DNA of 64,000 nucleotides from Paramecium tetraurelia (GCA_000165425.1 CT868540.1:248001-312000), one strand, 5' to 3'. Shown: positions 1 to 14,444, numbered from the stretch's first letter. The notes: generated from the letters alone by a model not told the origin. Translations and numbers: made by a program.

Positions 1-3000
1 TCAAACCAATTTAAGATTCCTAAGATGATGATACCTTAAATACTAATAAGTCAGAGTTTGTAGATAATCATTAAGAAATCAATCATGACCAATAAAATCT
101 CATTGCATCATTACAAGAAGATTATCAAAGTCAACTAGATTAAGCCAAAAAAGAAAATGAATCACTTGTCCAATAGATTTAATCTTTGAAAGACTAGTGT
201 CATTAATAAGGTGAAATGATAGAGGTCAACAATATGGAATATCAAACAATAATTAAATCTCATGAAAATGTTAATATGGAATTAACTTAAAAATATGAGA
301 AGGAGTGTCTAGAATTTTAATAAGAAATTTAAAGACTCCAAAATAGAGAATCAGATTTATAAATTGAGATCTAAAAATTAAAAGATTAAATCGAATAAAT
401 TACTCAAGATCATCTAAAAGCTTAAGATAAAATACAAGTGTAGAATGAATTAATAGATCAAACAAAATAAGAAAATCTTATTAATTAAAATGCTTTAGAA
501 GAAAATTCTAATTTGAAAAAAGAGATTGAAACACTTAATTAAAAAGTTTAAGAATAATTACTTTAAATTGACAAGTTAAACAATAATCTAATAATTGAAA
601 AACAATAAGAGAAGGAATTATTCTTATTGGAAAAATAACAACTCTAAACTTAACATGAAACATATCAATCTGAATTGTTAAATGAAATTGAAGCCTTAGC
701 ATAATTATTGAAAAAATCTGAATTAGAACACTAATAGATTGATGCGTAATAAGAATAAAGTAGGAAAGAAATGGAAATTGTAACAGAAAAAAACTTAGAA
801 TTAGAAAATTTAAACAATGAGTTGACTAAGTAATTAGAGGCATTGAATATAATGGTGCAAGAGTTGAATTAATAATTCTAAGATTAAGTAAGACAACACT
901 CTATACTAAAAGAATAGTCAATCTAGGATAATGAAATGAAAAATAAAGAATTGGAAATTCTAAATTAATAGATTTAAAATGAATTACAATAAAAAGAATA
1001 GCTTGTATCAAATAATCTAAGTGTAACTGAAAAAGTTCAAGAATTAGAAAATTTAATTGTTCAACTTAGAAATTAGTCCAAGATTTCGGAAGAAAAATCT
1101 CAATTAGAGATTGAAGTTATGTAATTAAGTTTAGAGGATGCCTAAGAAAAAGAAAAATAGAGTATTGAACAAGAAAATCTTCTAAAAGTTAAATTTGAAG
1201 AACTAAGTATAAAATATGAAGCTTTAGAAAAATAATTTAGTGAAACTGAGACATTAAAACATTAAGAGATATCATAATTAAAAAAGGAATTAGAAATTTA
1301 ATAGAATCTATCTGAAGAATTATAAAATAATTTAGCCTCACTAAATGAAAATCATAAAACTGAATTGGAATAATTAAAAATTGCGATGGATGAATAAAAT
1401 AAATTTAATCATGAGTAGGAAAGATTAAATATCATGTAGCAATTACAACTGGAAAGTTAATAATAATCTGAGGTTTTATAATAGCAATAAGGATTATAGA
1501 CTATTGAAGTAGAGGAATTAAAACAGTAAATTCAACAATTAGAAATCTAAAATTTAGAGTAGAAGAAATTATTATTGGAATAATTAGAAAAAAAAGAAAA
1601 AGAATATTAATAAGAAGTTGATTTATTGACTCGATAGAGAATGGAATAAGATGAAATTATTCAATCTCTTTAAAAGTCTTAGACACTTTTAAAAGAGAAG
1701 GACTCATAAATAGATTAATTGAATTTACAATTATGTGCGAATTAAGAAGATCAGTATAATATGGAATAAAAATATGAAAACAGATTATTATTACAAAAAT
1801 AGAAACATGAATCTCAGATAGATGATTTACATAGGCTGATTTAAGAATTGAAATAGTAATTGGAAACTGTGGAAAGTGAGGGAAAGATGATGTAAAATAG
1901 TTTAAATGATATGGAAGTTTTAGATTTTAAATGTAAAGAATTGAAGACTGAAAATGATGATCTTAAATAAAAGATTCAAGAAAAATAAGCTTAGATTGAT
2001 GAACTAAAATTAAAGGTTGAAGTGAACAATGATTAGGATGAATAAGAACAAGATAAAGATAAAGATACTTAAATAGAAGAATTAAATGCCTACATATTAA
2101 AATAAGAGGAAGATTACTCAGAATAATTTGAACAATTAGGAACTTAAATTGAAAAGTTGAAGAATTAAATCAAATAATTAGAATTAGAGAATTAAGAATA
2201 ATAAAAAGTGATTGTATAATAGTAAACACAAATATAAACAATAACTTAATAGTAACAATCCCAATTACAATCTATATTGTAATAATAACAATTGTAATAG
2301 CAATAGTAATAGTAATAACAATAATAATAACAATATTAGTAATAATAATAACAATATTAATAATAATAATAAGTTAAATAAAATACAGATTAAGGTAATA
2401 TAAACCCTTATTTATCAAATAATTAATAGGCACACGCATAAGAGAAAACCGTAACAATACCTGTAAAAGAGCTATAAAATTGGGATAAGAAATCAAAAGA
2501 TTAATTAAATTAGATTAAATTATTACAAACAGAAATATCTTAATTAAAATAGCTCCAAGAGGAATAAGCAAAAGTATTAAATACTAAACAGCAAAAAACT
2601 AATCTTTCCATGGAAAGTCTAGTATAGAAATGTTAGGCTTTATAATAAATTATAGATGATAGTAGTGTTATAAATTCTAAGATGAGTGCTGAATTGGGAT
2701 TGTATAAATAATAAAATTCATAGCTTAAAGAAGATTTAAAGTTATGTAATTCAGAATTACGAGATTTGAGAATTATATCTCAGAATAAATTTAAATTAGA
2801 AAGTGAACTTTAATAAGCATTAAATACCTTATCTGAATATCAAGACTAATAGAACGTAATTATATTTTGTCAATAATTTTATAGTTAATAAAATAACTGG
2901 AAAGGGAGAATGAGAGAAAAAAAGAAGAGTTGGATAATAATTTAAAGTAGCTTAAATAAAATGAAAAGTAAAGAATAAAGGTAAATTACTCTTTTAATTA

Positions 3001-3769
3001 TAGTTATAAGAAAAGTATGATGAAGTGTGTGAAGAATTAGGCAAGACTTAAAGATAATTATAGAATACTCAATCAGAATTGGATCAAAAATCGATAAAAT
3101 TAAAAGATTTGGAGAAGATCTTGTCTACTTAATTTTAAGAGTTTTCCATTTTAGAGTAAAAGTATAATGACTAAAATTTGGTTAATGATGATTTAAGAAA
3201 TCAGTTGAAACTCTTACAAAAAAAATACGCTTAGGAAACTGAATAATTAACACAAGATTTAATGTTAAAATAAAAATAATTGATGTAATTAGAGGAATAG
3301 AATCATAATATGTCTAAAGATTTATAATTGATGAGAGATATGTAGTTTAGATAAAAGCCAGTGGTTGATGCCCCATTAACAAAAAAAGAAAAAATAGTTG
3401 TTGAATCTTTAGCGAATAGAGTTCAAGAATTGGAAATTCAAAACAAAACTATAAGAGATTAATACAATGGCAAAATTACTGCATTGACAAATTAATTAGA
3501 TGAAAAGATAGCGTACATATAATCATTAGCATACAATCTCACCAAGGCATATCCTAACTTGTCAGAAGCAGATTTGTAATAATTTTCAATATTAGATTTA
3601 GAATTGATAAAGAAGACATTAAATTAATATAATCCTTAAGAAAGAAATAAAACGTGCAAGACATTTTAGAGGTATTAAGATATTCATATTTTAGAAAACC
3701 ATGATTGAAAATTTGCAATTAAGAGATTAAATAAAATTACTAGGGGCTGAGTTGAATAAAAGAAGATGA
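1..3769 (+). CDS. Large coiled-coil protein, Q/E/K/L-rich, 5' end outside the window
   Basis: Long open frame under code 6 with heptad-like ELE/QLE content, a few tiny GT-AG introns (e.g. ~3672-3694), ending ...LLGAELNKRR-TGA at 3767-3769. Confidence 0.8.
2280..2372 (+). repeat. Poly-glutamine tract encoded mainly by TAA/TAG/CAA codons
   Basis: Run such as taa taa caa ttg taa tag caa tag taa tag taa taa caa taa taa taa, in frame within the coiled-coil gene. Confidence 0.85.
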
Positions 3770-3814
3770 AATTACTTGTTTATTTATTTTTGTTAATAAA
3801 TTCACTTTATTTTA

Positions 3815-5131
3815 TCATTAATTTTGTTATTATTATTCTGCTTTATGAGCTTTCCAAGCAGCTAGATTGATATTCTTAGGTTGTTCCCAAGTAAACTCTG
3901 GCTCATTTCTGCCAAAATGTCCTCCTGAAGCTGTTTTAGCATAGATTGGTCTTCGTAATTTTAATTCTCTAATGATAACTCCTGGTCTGAGATCGAAATG
4001 ATTTTAAACAATTTCAGACAAGTCATCATCATCTAGTCCTTCAGCTTGTGTGCCATAGGAATTAACACAAATAGAGAGAGGCTCGCTGATACCAATTCCA
4101 TAGGCAACTTGAATCATCACTCTCTTGCATAGTTTTGATGCAACAAGTGATTTAGCCACCCATCTTGCAGCATAAGCAGCACTTCTATCCACTTTGGTAG
4201 GATCTTTACCAGAGAAAGCTCCTCCACCATGTCCTCCCCATCCTCCATAAGTATCTACAATGATTTTACGGCCTGTTAATCCAGCATCTCCATAAGGTCC
4301 TCCAACAGTGAAGGCCTTAGAAGGATTTAAATGGTATTGAGTTTATTCATCAACATATTTTTATGGTAAGACATGTCTAAAACGAATAGAATATATGTAG
4401 ATACTTTAATACATGCTTATGCAATTCTGCTTCGATTTCACTATGAGTTATTTTCTCATCATGCTATTAGGAAATGAGGACATTATGAATTCGAACAGGA
4501 TAAAATGAAGAGTCTTCTCGTTTGTATTCAACAGTAACTTAGACCTTTGCATCTGGTCTCATCCAAGGACAGATTTCGCTTTCCCTGCATTCTTGGAGTC
4601 TTGATATGAGTCTATTGCAGAGATGATGTGTTAAGGGCATTAATTCTGGGGTTTCATCAGAAGCATATCCGATCATTAAACCTTAATCGCCTGCTCCAAT
4701 TTCGTCTTCATGTTTAGAACCCACGACTGCTTAATTGATTTCTTAAGATTGTTAATCCAATGATACTATGACGGAAGCATTTCTATAATCCAATCCCTTA
4801 CCTATATATATTAGTATATCATATATTTACTTATATTGTCATATCCAACCTATTTTATTGCTTCTCTGACTATGGTTTCATAAGGAACTTGGGCATGAGT
4901 GGTGATTTCTCCGAATACCATCACAAGAGAGTTTTTGCATGCTGATTCGCAAGCTACCTTCGAGTTAGGGTCCTATTCTAAACAGGCATCAAGCACACTG
5001 TCGCTGATGAAATCGCATAATTTGTCTGGATGACCAGAACTTACACTTTCTGATGTAAAAAGGAAATGACCTTTAGGCAAAACAAACTTTTTCTTGTGAT
5101 GCGACTATTAATTGCTCTCTTCCTGTTGCAT
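3815..5131 (-). CDS. MAT: S-adenosylmethionine synthetase (methionine adenosyltransferase)
   Basis: Motifs [67 protein letters not shown]. Two tiny introns. ATG at 5131, TGA at 3815. Confidence 0.97.
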
Positions 5132-5540
5132 TTTGCTTAAACAGAATTAAAAAATTAATTTTATTGTGCTTTATTTAATTAAGCCCTTTAAATATGCACA
5201 ACGTCATTCTTTGCAATGTTTAAAAGTTTGATTAATTTACTTTACGTATAATTATGTTTATCTATTTTTAGATAACTAAAGAATAATAATTAATGATCAA
5301 TGAATAATAAATTTTATTTATATATAAATAACTAATTATATTTATGTAATTTTTTCATTTTAATTAATGCATTCTATAATCTATAGGAGTGAACACAGAT
5401 GGAATATCTAATCTAATATATTTGATTTTTGTGTTCTCAAACTAAAAGACAATTACTTTTATCGATGTTTATGGTATTTTATAAATATCATAACAAAAAT
5501 TTAATTTATTTATATATTAATAATACATTTAAGATATTCA

Positions 5541-7047
5541 ATGAAGGCATTAAGATTCAAGCATCTTTATGGAGAAGAAATAAAATCCAAGTTTGAATAA
5601 GTATCACCAACCTCCATCACTTGTGACTCCACTATGGTTAAGGTATCAATATTAAGTTAAAGATTTCTAGGCAAATGCTTTATACACAGCCCTTCTTTGG
5701 TAAACCGGTGGTGGCGGACTTGTTTGTGTTGTTAAATCCGATAAACCAACTAAGCTTCCTTTTGACACCCCTATGATAAAAGGACATTAAGGTTTTATAT
5801 TATGTGGATTATTTAGGTACAATATTGGATTTGGATTGGTATCCTTTTGATGATGAATACTTGGCTACATCATCTTAAGATCAAAACATTTGTGTTTGGA
5901 AAATTAATGATTTGACAAGTGATATCACAGAGCCTTTAACAACATTATCAGGACACGATAAAAAAGTATATTAATGAAATGATTATTAGGTCAACTTAAT
6001 TTCATGGAATCCAACCTCTGCATGGGTCTTAGGATCAGCATCACATGATCAAACCGTTAAAGTTTGGGATGTGCAAGGAGGTGTGGCCAGAAACACAATC
6101 AATGCTAATGCTTTGCCATATTCTATTGATTGGAATCTTAATGGTTCACTAATTGGATCATCTTGGAACGATAAAAAATTGAAAATCATAGATCCAAGAT
6201 AACAGACAATATCCTTGGAAGTCAACGCCCATTAGGGAACTAAGCCATAGAGATTTGCTTGGTTGGGATCCACTGGATATTTCGTAAGTGTCGGATTCAA
6301 CAAAACTTAAGGGAGAGAATTCTCATTATGGAATACCAGCAACCCTTCAGAACCTGTGTCAACAACTTAAATTGATACTGGAAGTGGAGTGCTCTACCCA
6401 TATTGGGATGAATAACTCAAAGTCCTTTATTTAACCGGTAAGGGAGATTCCAGCATTAAATATTTTGAATTCCTTGATGGTTAATTACATTTCCTAAATC
6501 AATACACCTCAAATAAACCTGGAAAGAGTTATGCATTTTTCCCCAAAAGAGCTGTGGATGTGAATGCCTGTGAAGTTAACAGAGTGGCTAAAATTGAAGA
6601 GAATGCCCTCTCCTATGTTCAACTCATTGCTCCAAGAAAGGCTAACACATTCTAGGAGGATCTATTCCCTCCTTGTCCAGGAACTTAACCAGCATAAGTA
6701 TAGTCAATATATATATAACATTAGACTGCTGCTCAATTCTTCTAAGGTCAAAATTCAAATCCAGTATTAGTAAGTCTTAAACCAGATTAATAATAATAAT
6801 AACAATAACAGTAGTAAAATGTCGTTTTTACATAATAACAACCAAAACCATAACCCTAATAGTAATTAACATAACCAGACAATTAAAAGATTGTAATTTA
6901 ATTTATTATTTTAAGGCGTAATTAGAGTTGATCGTTTAAAATCAATAGGCATAAATTAGGGAATTATAAGCTGAAGTTGAAAAATTTAAACACGAGAATG
7001 ATGTCCTAAAAGAACAATTAAATTAAAATGAATAACAGAAATATTGA
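5541..7047 (+). CDS. CORO: Coronin (WD40 actin-binding protein with C-terminal coiled coil)
   Basis: N-terminal RFKHLYG, WD repeats (GHQG..LDLDWYPFDDEYLATSSQDQNICVW), DTGSGVLYPYWD, GKGDSSIKYFE, PRKANTFQEDLFPP, then a Q-rich linker and coiled coil. Multiple tiny introns. Confidence 0.95.
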
Positions 7048-7638
7048 TTATTTATTCATAAAAATGCATTCAAACATTAATATTATACACATATTTAATC
7101 CAAAATTTATTTATAAGATTATACTTGTTAGACATTGATGAAAATCTAAGAATTAAGGACAAGAAATTATTATGAAGATTGAATTCAATAAATAGAAGAG
7201 ATGGAAAATCTACATCTCGTTGATTTTGTAATGGCAGCCTTTGTTAGATTAAAATTATGAGTAACAGAGGCTGATTTAGATTTATACATTATTGGAATTC
7301 TGAATTAGATTTATAAATTAATGGACTCCATTATTTCAAAATTATATAATTTAAAGATAATACAAAATTTTTTACTAAGTATTGCTTATAAATCCTATTA
7401 TTAATTATGAAAATTCGTTTCTTTATATTATTTACAGGTATTATACTGTAATAATAATTCAGTACCATGTTAATATTAGTTAATATAAGTATCTATTATT
7501 AATAGAAACGCCAAAAAATGAACTTAATTGTATCAATTATGAAGACCTGAGTATTTATGTTAAAGGTAAATTGAAGTCAAAAATGTAATATAGATATTAA
7601 TTATAAAGTTAAAGGTAAACAAATAAAAAATAAAAAAG

Positions 7639-7710
7639 CTCCGCGTCCGGGAATTGAACCCGGGCCTCAAACGTGACAGGCTTGAATACTAACCACTATA
7701 CTAACGCGGA
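7639..7710 (-). tRNA. tRNA-Asp(GTC) copy 1
   Basis: Minus strand TCCGCGTTAGTATAGTGGTTAGTATTCAAGCCTGTCACGTTTGAGGCCCGGGTTCAATTCCCGGACGCGGAG folds as a cloverleaf: acceptor TCCGCGT/ACGCGGA, anticodon loop CT-GTC-AC, T-arm CCGGG-TTCAATT-CCCGG. A T-run Pol III terminator follows. Confidence 0.97.
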
Positions 7711-7848
7711 TTCTTAGTATCTCTTCATCAAATTGATAAATCAATGCAAGAACATTTATTTTCATAATATTTAAAATCCATTTTATGCAAAAGCGAATTA
7801 CATAATTTCTAAATAATAAATAAATTTAGAATAAATCAATTTAAATCC

Positions 7849-10800
7849 TCATTGCTTCAATGTATAAGATTAATCAGTTGCTTAGTGCACTGGTTAGACC
7901 TTGGTCAACTAGAATTATTATTCTTAATTATAAGCCCGTACTAATACTATAGCTGTAATTATCAAGGTCAGTCCACCCAGACAAGCCAATATTATCCATC
8001 CTACTATCATAAAACCTGTTGCTAATATCAGAAAAGCTCCGATATACATCTAATTTAATATCAATAAATTACATAGAGTAACAATAACAATATACAAAAT
8101 TCTATTGTATTAAACCATTTAACATAGCAAGGTTTAATTCTGAAATGGAAATAAATGAGGATTAACATAACAATACTGGAAAAAAGCATTTAATATTCAT
8201 ATGCTTAGTCTTAAAGATTTGAGAACACAGAGCTCATACCCAAAATTAATAACTTAGCTTAAATGTACAAAACCACATAATTGGATTTGTATTTTAAATC
8301 TAAGGAGTGATCCATATATTAAAATGTAGGCTGTAGATAGGATGAGAGGGGATAATAAATAATACACCCAAAAATGGCTAAAGTGACGTACATAAAATGC
8401 AAATCACTCATGCATTCAACACTTGGTTATCTTACTAATGTGTATGGATATGAACTATAGTCACAAATGAATGCGTCTATGTAACTTTTCATAACGAAAA
8501 TGAATTATCCACTAACCAATTGAATAGTTTTACTCAGCCAGTATCTTCTACTTTTATAGGTTGCAATAATTCCATTCTCATCAAATCCAAATGTATTGTT
8601 AGCTATTTAATTTGCTGCCTCAAAGCCCAAAATTATATAGATTAAGCTCATAAATAGTGCTAAAAAGAAAAATAGATTATATTCACTCCAAATAGCTGAA
8701 TAGTCCACAAATGTGATTGGACTAATTGTTTAAGATCGTCCAAACCATCCTACTTAAGAATCGAATGCCAATGTGGCCAATCCATATAAATCATATATTC
8801 TCAAGATAATGGCCAAAATGTTAGTTGATGTAAATTTTAAAATGAATTCTTGATCTCTCATTTTTTTATCAAATTTATTGCATTAATCAACTAAACAATC
8901 TCCTACTAATTCAGCCAGTTAATCCCATTTTACATTTTAAACAATTTTATTTAATTCTGGTTCAGGGGGTGTTATTTTTTAGAATAAAGAGTTAATCAAT
9001 TAATTCATAATTTATTGAGAGTATAACCTAGGTTTAATCCATAAAAAATCATTGACTTTAGAACAAAACTACCAAAATTAAACTTTTAAATTCTTTGGGA
9101 CTTTATCTTAAAATTCTCTTTCAATAAGTTACTTTTTCTATTAATATTGTAAATCGATTTATTCATTACCTTATACACTTTTTTTTTTTTCTAATCTTTG
9201 TCTTTTTTCTCCGATTTATTTAGGTAATTTAAAATTTTGTTGATGAAATGGTGTATTTGTATTATTTTAGAGTAATTTCAATATTTATCTTATATCGTTA
9301 TGATTATAAACAAACAGATGGTACTTCTTAACAGCCATTTCCCAAATTAAATTATAATAATTTGTTTGGTCATCTCTCTAAAAATTGTCATACAGGAAAA
9401 GTGCAAAGTCATTCTATGACATTGTAAAATCCCCATCTTCACTCGCCTTAAAGCTTTTATATTACTTTAATATTTCATCGTTTCTCTCTAATTCTAAATA
9501 CTCTAAAACCACATTCAAATTTTTTCTAAATTTGCTATATATGGCAGCCCAAAACCTTTCAGTTCTGTCTCTGTATTTAGTCCTTAATGCAGTATAAAAA
9601 TCTATATCAGCAGCTGCCTTCATATCTGCTTCACTGGGTTAAATAATTCCCTAAATCTTTTTAGCCTCCCTCTCTTTCCAATTCTCCAATTCCAATAATT
9701 CTACATCTAATTGTTGTTTATTTATGTTGATCTACTCCATTTCTTCAAAACCACATCTACAAAACACACATTCAAATATTAGATCTATTATTTTGTGATT
9801 CATCCCTTCTGATTGATCATCCTCATTATTTTAAGTAGATTTCTTGAATAATTCTGTATCATCATCTTGGAGACTACGAATAACACCACCCTTCTTCTTT
9901 TTAGATATTTATTCTAATTTCTTTTTATTCTCATACTCTGTTTTAGTCACCAATTATTCATCAAAAATTCTACCTTTATCTACTCCAGGATAATCATAAA
10001 CATTAACGGGATCTCCCAATTTCAAATCCGTTTTGAGTTTAACTGGGTTATTTTGTTGAATGAATCTTAAGAATATCAAAGCACAGATCTCTTCAGTCGA
10101 TGACACTTTATGATTGGCCAATAGTTACATAACAACTTTTAACACTTCCTTCTTCTTCATTTCTAATTATTCTTTATTCAATAAAACTGAATAAACATTT
10201 GAAATACAAGTGTTTATTATGATTGTTATTAAAATAGTGTAAGCAACAGCTAATTAAGCAAATACAGCAAATTAATGCGATGAGTTCTCATAAATATCAG
10301 CTAACAGTGGGAATATTATCCCTATTGGTCCAATAACAAAGATCCACATAAGTATGATAAGTAGAGGTTGAAAGAAATCCTGATATTAACAGAGTTCTTT
10401 TTTTAAATAAATCAAGAAGTTGAAATATATAAATGTTACTGGTAGACCGACAGCATTAGCAATCAAAGCATTTTTAGTTGTCTCACTATCTTAGGTTAAT
10501 CCAATTGGCAATAATATCACAAATGGGTAAAATATTCCTCCTCTTATGAGGTTGTCAATCCTTTCCAAATATTTTACATATTCCTCCTTCTAATCATTTT
10601 AATTGTCTTATATCTTCACTTACAATGCTTTCCTGGTTAAAATAAACAACACTGTTTAAATTACTAGAAGTCCTTACATCTAAAGAATTATATTAAATTA
10701 TTTACAGCTCCTTTTTTTGTTCCTGTTGCAGTTGCTGGCTCATTCCAAACGAAATAGCAAGTAAAATAAAATCCAACTATGTAACATATTGAATTAAACC

Positions 10801-12524
10801 AGGTTGCCAAATTAGTCAAATTTATATATTGGAATGCAACGAAATTTAAATTTAAAGCCTGCTAAGGTAATTTTAACAGATAAATCATGACCACTACAAA
10901 ATAATAACAAATTAGAGCAATTATTGGAAGACATCCAATAACAATCAATACTATAGAACCATTATAAATTCCAGAATCATTATAAGCATCTGATAATGTA
11001 ATTAATATCCCAATTGGAAATGCAAAGAACAAACAAGAAATGATTAAAGCAAACATTTTTTAGTTCCTTCTCCAAGATCGAAAATAAGCTATTGTCAACC
11101 AGATCAAAGTAATTATTAAAGGACATATGCCAAACAATCTAGAGATAGATTAGAAGTATTAAATATCATATGTTAAGTTCCAGACTTTAATAGTTAGGAT
11201 GCTAAACCCTGATCCCAATAACAGTGAACTATACAAGTATAAGTTTGATGGATTCACATTAGATGTAGCTAAACAAATTCCAAAGGACATAAATATAGGT
11301 ATGGCTACAAATAAAAATCCATATGTAACTGTCAGTTCATAGTTCTGGTTAGATTTAAAATAAAGCCACCCAGAGTAACAATAGATTTCGAGAGTAAAAT
11401 AACTAATAGTAATCAATATTGGGGCAACAGTTGTTAATTTCAATTTCTTAAGCAAATTAATTACTTTTTGATTCAATTTATAACTATAATATTCCTTTTG
11501 GATGTAGGGATCTGGTTAATCCTTAAGTGATAGCACTTTTAGATCAGATTCAATGTTTTCAGGACTTAAAGTAAAGAGTGCTTTTATTAAGAAAATGGAG
11601 TAAATTAACATCATTATAAATATCTGTGGTGCTATTAGATCTGATAGATTCTCTACTATATATTCAGTGCTATTGGTTTAAAGCAATAGAAAAAAAGCAA
11701 TAATCTTAAAAAGTATGAAATATATCACAAGTATGCAGAAACTGCAATTAAATAGAGTGGCCATTAGTTATGATGAAAATGAAGTGATAATAGAATTGAA
11801 TCCCTTGTTTAACAGCGAATTTAAAAATATTAAGAAACTTAAAATACAAAATCCTATGCCAATATAGTCATATGAAGGTCCATTGTAATTTTAAAAGGCA
11901 TTTAGATGGTAGCCTAACAAAACGAATAATGGTATTATTATAAGAGAAATAAACATCAAAATCCATATATATATGTTCTTGATTTAATAACATCTATTGA
12001 ATATCAATATTATTTAATACATTTACGAGAACAAAGTAAATAAAAATGCATACAAAGGCATATACTGTGAAATATTTGCTCTTATTTGGTCCTTTTGTAC
12101 AATAGTATTATTTGTTAATTCCTACATATAAGTTGGTAAATACTATTGATTCTGAAAGTACACTAAAATATGCACTCCAATATACGATTGTTATTATAAT
12201 TTAGTTGGTATCAAACTTAACCCATTAATTAAAGCAACTCCACTCTTTGTACAGTTTTTTTTCATAATCCAAGCATTTTTTAGAAAGAGATTCAATGCCA
12301 TTTTTTGCTTGAGCATTTTCAGCATTTTCATAACTTTGCATCACTTATATCAATTCCTCGGTTTCATCATTTAACGGCCCTTAATATACATATTGCTTTT
12401 CTTTGATTGTGAAGGTATATCTTCTCCAATTTGCAACAGACGGCTATGATATTATTTGAACAATCGATTGATATTCCGAACCTTATGGATAGTTATTCTC
12501 TACTCTTTCTTGTAAAATGCTCAT
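7849..12524 (-). CDS. Very large (~1500 aa) multi-pass membrane protein of unknown function
   Basis: ATG at 12524 (MSILQERVENNYPQ), many hydrophobic helices over ~10.2-12.2 kb, a charged soluble domain over ~8.9-10.2 kb, and a final hydrophobic bundle (FICDYSSYPYTLVRQPSVECMSDLHFMYVTLAIFGCIIYYP). TGA at 7849-7851. Internal exon structure not fully traced. Confidence 0.8.
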
Positions 12525-12699
12525 TATATTTAGTAATAAGAATTAAAATAAAATATAATGTATCATAGTTAATCGAATTTTATATTTTTTACGGTTTCTT
12601 ATAGAGTTACCTTATCTCTTCTGTCTTTCCCTTTTTAATGTAAAACTTATAGAGGAAGACAATATAAGGTTGTCAAAGTTATTTCTATTTAAACTTTAT

Positions 12700-14100
12700 T
12701 ATAAAATTGTTAAACTAATGATAATTTTTGTAAAACTCTAAAATTATGCTTTATCAAATCAAACCGCATGTCTAACTTGTCACATTTTACTCTACCATCT
12801 TGTCTTTTATGCAATCAAAAGGTTTTTAATAAATGTAAATTATCATTTATGTAAAAATATCATAAATCATTCATTCATTCATTCATTCTCAGTTTAACCA
12901 TCATATAAGTCATGTTATCTTCTATCTATTTATATTCAGCTTTATGACTTAATTTTATTTCTATAATTTAAGTTGTAATATTAAATACTTTAGCTTCCAA
13001 AGTTATCTAAGAATTATTAACTGAATTTCAATCCTTCTGCCTCTTAATCAGTTTCAATATATAACAATTAAGTATTTATAAATATTTCAATTATGTCATT
13101 GATGTCATTTATTTCAATTGCCAATTAAAATGCTTTCAAACTATTTTCTAATGCTTCTTGCTTTGACAAAGTCAGACTTAAACAAATATGATAAGTATAA
13201 CGAATTTATAAATTACAAACCATTGAAAAATATTACTTATACTACTATAATAGTTCGCCTAATAATGAATTCTCCTACAACTACAGACTTCCGAATATAA
13301 TTTACATAATTTTTATTAAATAATCATTGATCTGATATATTACTTCAGTATTATTTTATTGAATAACAGGTATCTAATGCAATTTCTTATTAATATCGTA
13401 GATATCCATAAGTTTTAAAGTTTATAAAATTTCAGATATATTTTACATATTAATTTGGACCTTTTTGTTTAAAGTGTAAATATACTCTGCCTAATTAAAA
13501 TCAAGTTGTAATCTAATGATTCTAGTTTAAATATTTAAATTCTGAAGAATATCAGATTACTATTGCAACTAAAATAGAGTTGTTTAACACAAATCCTTCC
13601 TTAAGAGACTTGATTAGAGTCTAAAAAGATCATTTAAAGCAAACAACTTCTTCTCTTTTATATATTGGCTTATATGTGATCCTTCCTCATATTTATATTT
13701 TGATAGATAGTCGATGCAATCTTAGATAAACTAGATTCTTTGCTCCACTTTAGTAAATGAATCAACCATCACAATTTGATGTAGGTACACAATTCTTTAC
13801 AAATGGGATTAAAATGTATTCAAAATCTAATAACATTCTTAAATCGATTCTTAAGAAGCTTTTAATATCAAATCGTGTATATTTTATTATTATTCATCAA
13901 TGATTTTTAAACCATTATATTTTTCATTATTTACGATTAGATTTGAAACACATATCTTAAAAAGATTGATTGGAATTATTTTACATCTATTCAGAATAAA
14001 ACCTAAAAATTCATTTTTTTATAGTTTTTCTTAATAGGTCTTAACTTAATCAAAATTATTAACAAAGACGATGTCTTCCAAATTATAGATATTTCCATTT
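12700..14100 (+). pseudogene. Possible decayed remnant of a Cys-rich protein gene
   Basis: Unusually long gene-free interval with scattered coding-like Cys fragments (CLTC, CLLC, CLKCKY, CDPSSYLYFDRQSMQ) but no continuous frame. Confidence 0.35.
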
Positions 14101-14372
14101 AGATGAACCTAATATTAAATGAATTTTAAGTCATCATTTTCTTCTAAAATATTTACACTAATGTCTAATTAATTTATATTCATAAAAATAATCTGATTTA
14201 TATTAACTTTAAATATTTCTTAAGAGCATACCTTTAAAACATTCTTAAAGCATGCAATTCTAAAAGAAATAAAATGAACTATTATTATTTCAAATCCCAA
14301 TTAAAGAGGAGAAAGAATAATAGTAAAAAATAGAAGAATAAATAATATTAAACAAATAAAAAAATAAAAAAG

Positions 14373-14444
14373 CTCCGCGTCCGGGAATTGAACCCGGGCC
14401 TCAAACGTGACAGGCTTGAATACTAACCACTATACTAACGCGGA
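14373..14444 (-). tRNA. tRNA-Asp(GTC) copy 2
   Basis: 72-nt sequence identical to copy 1, followed by a T-run terminator. Confidence 0.97.
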
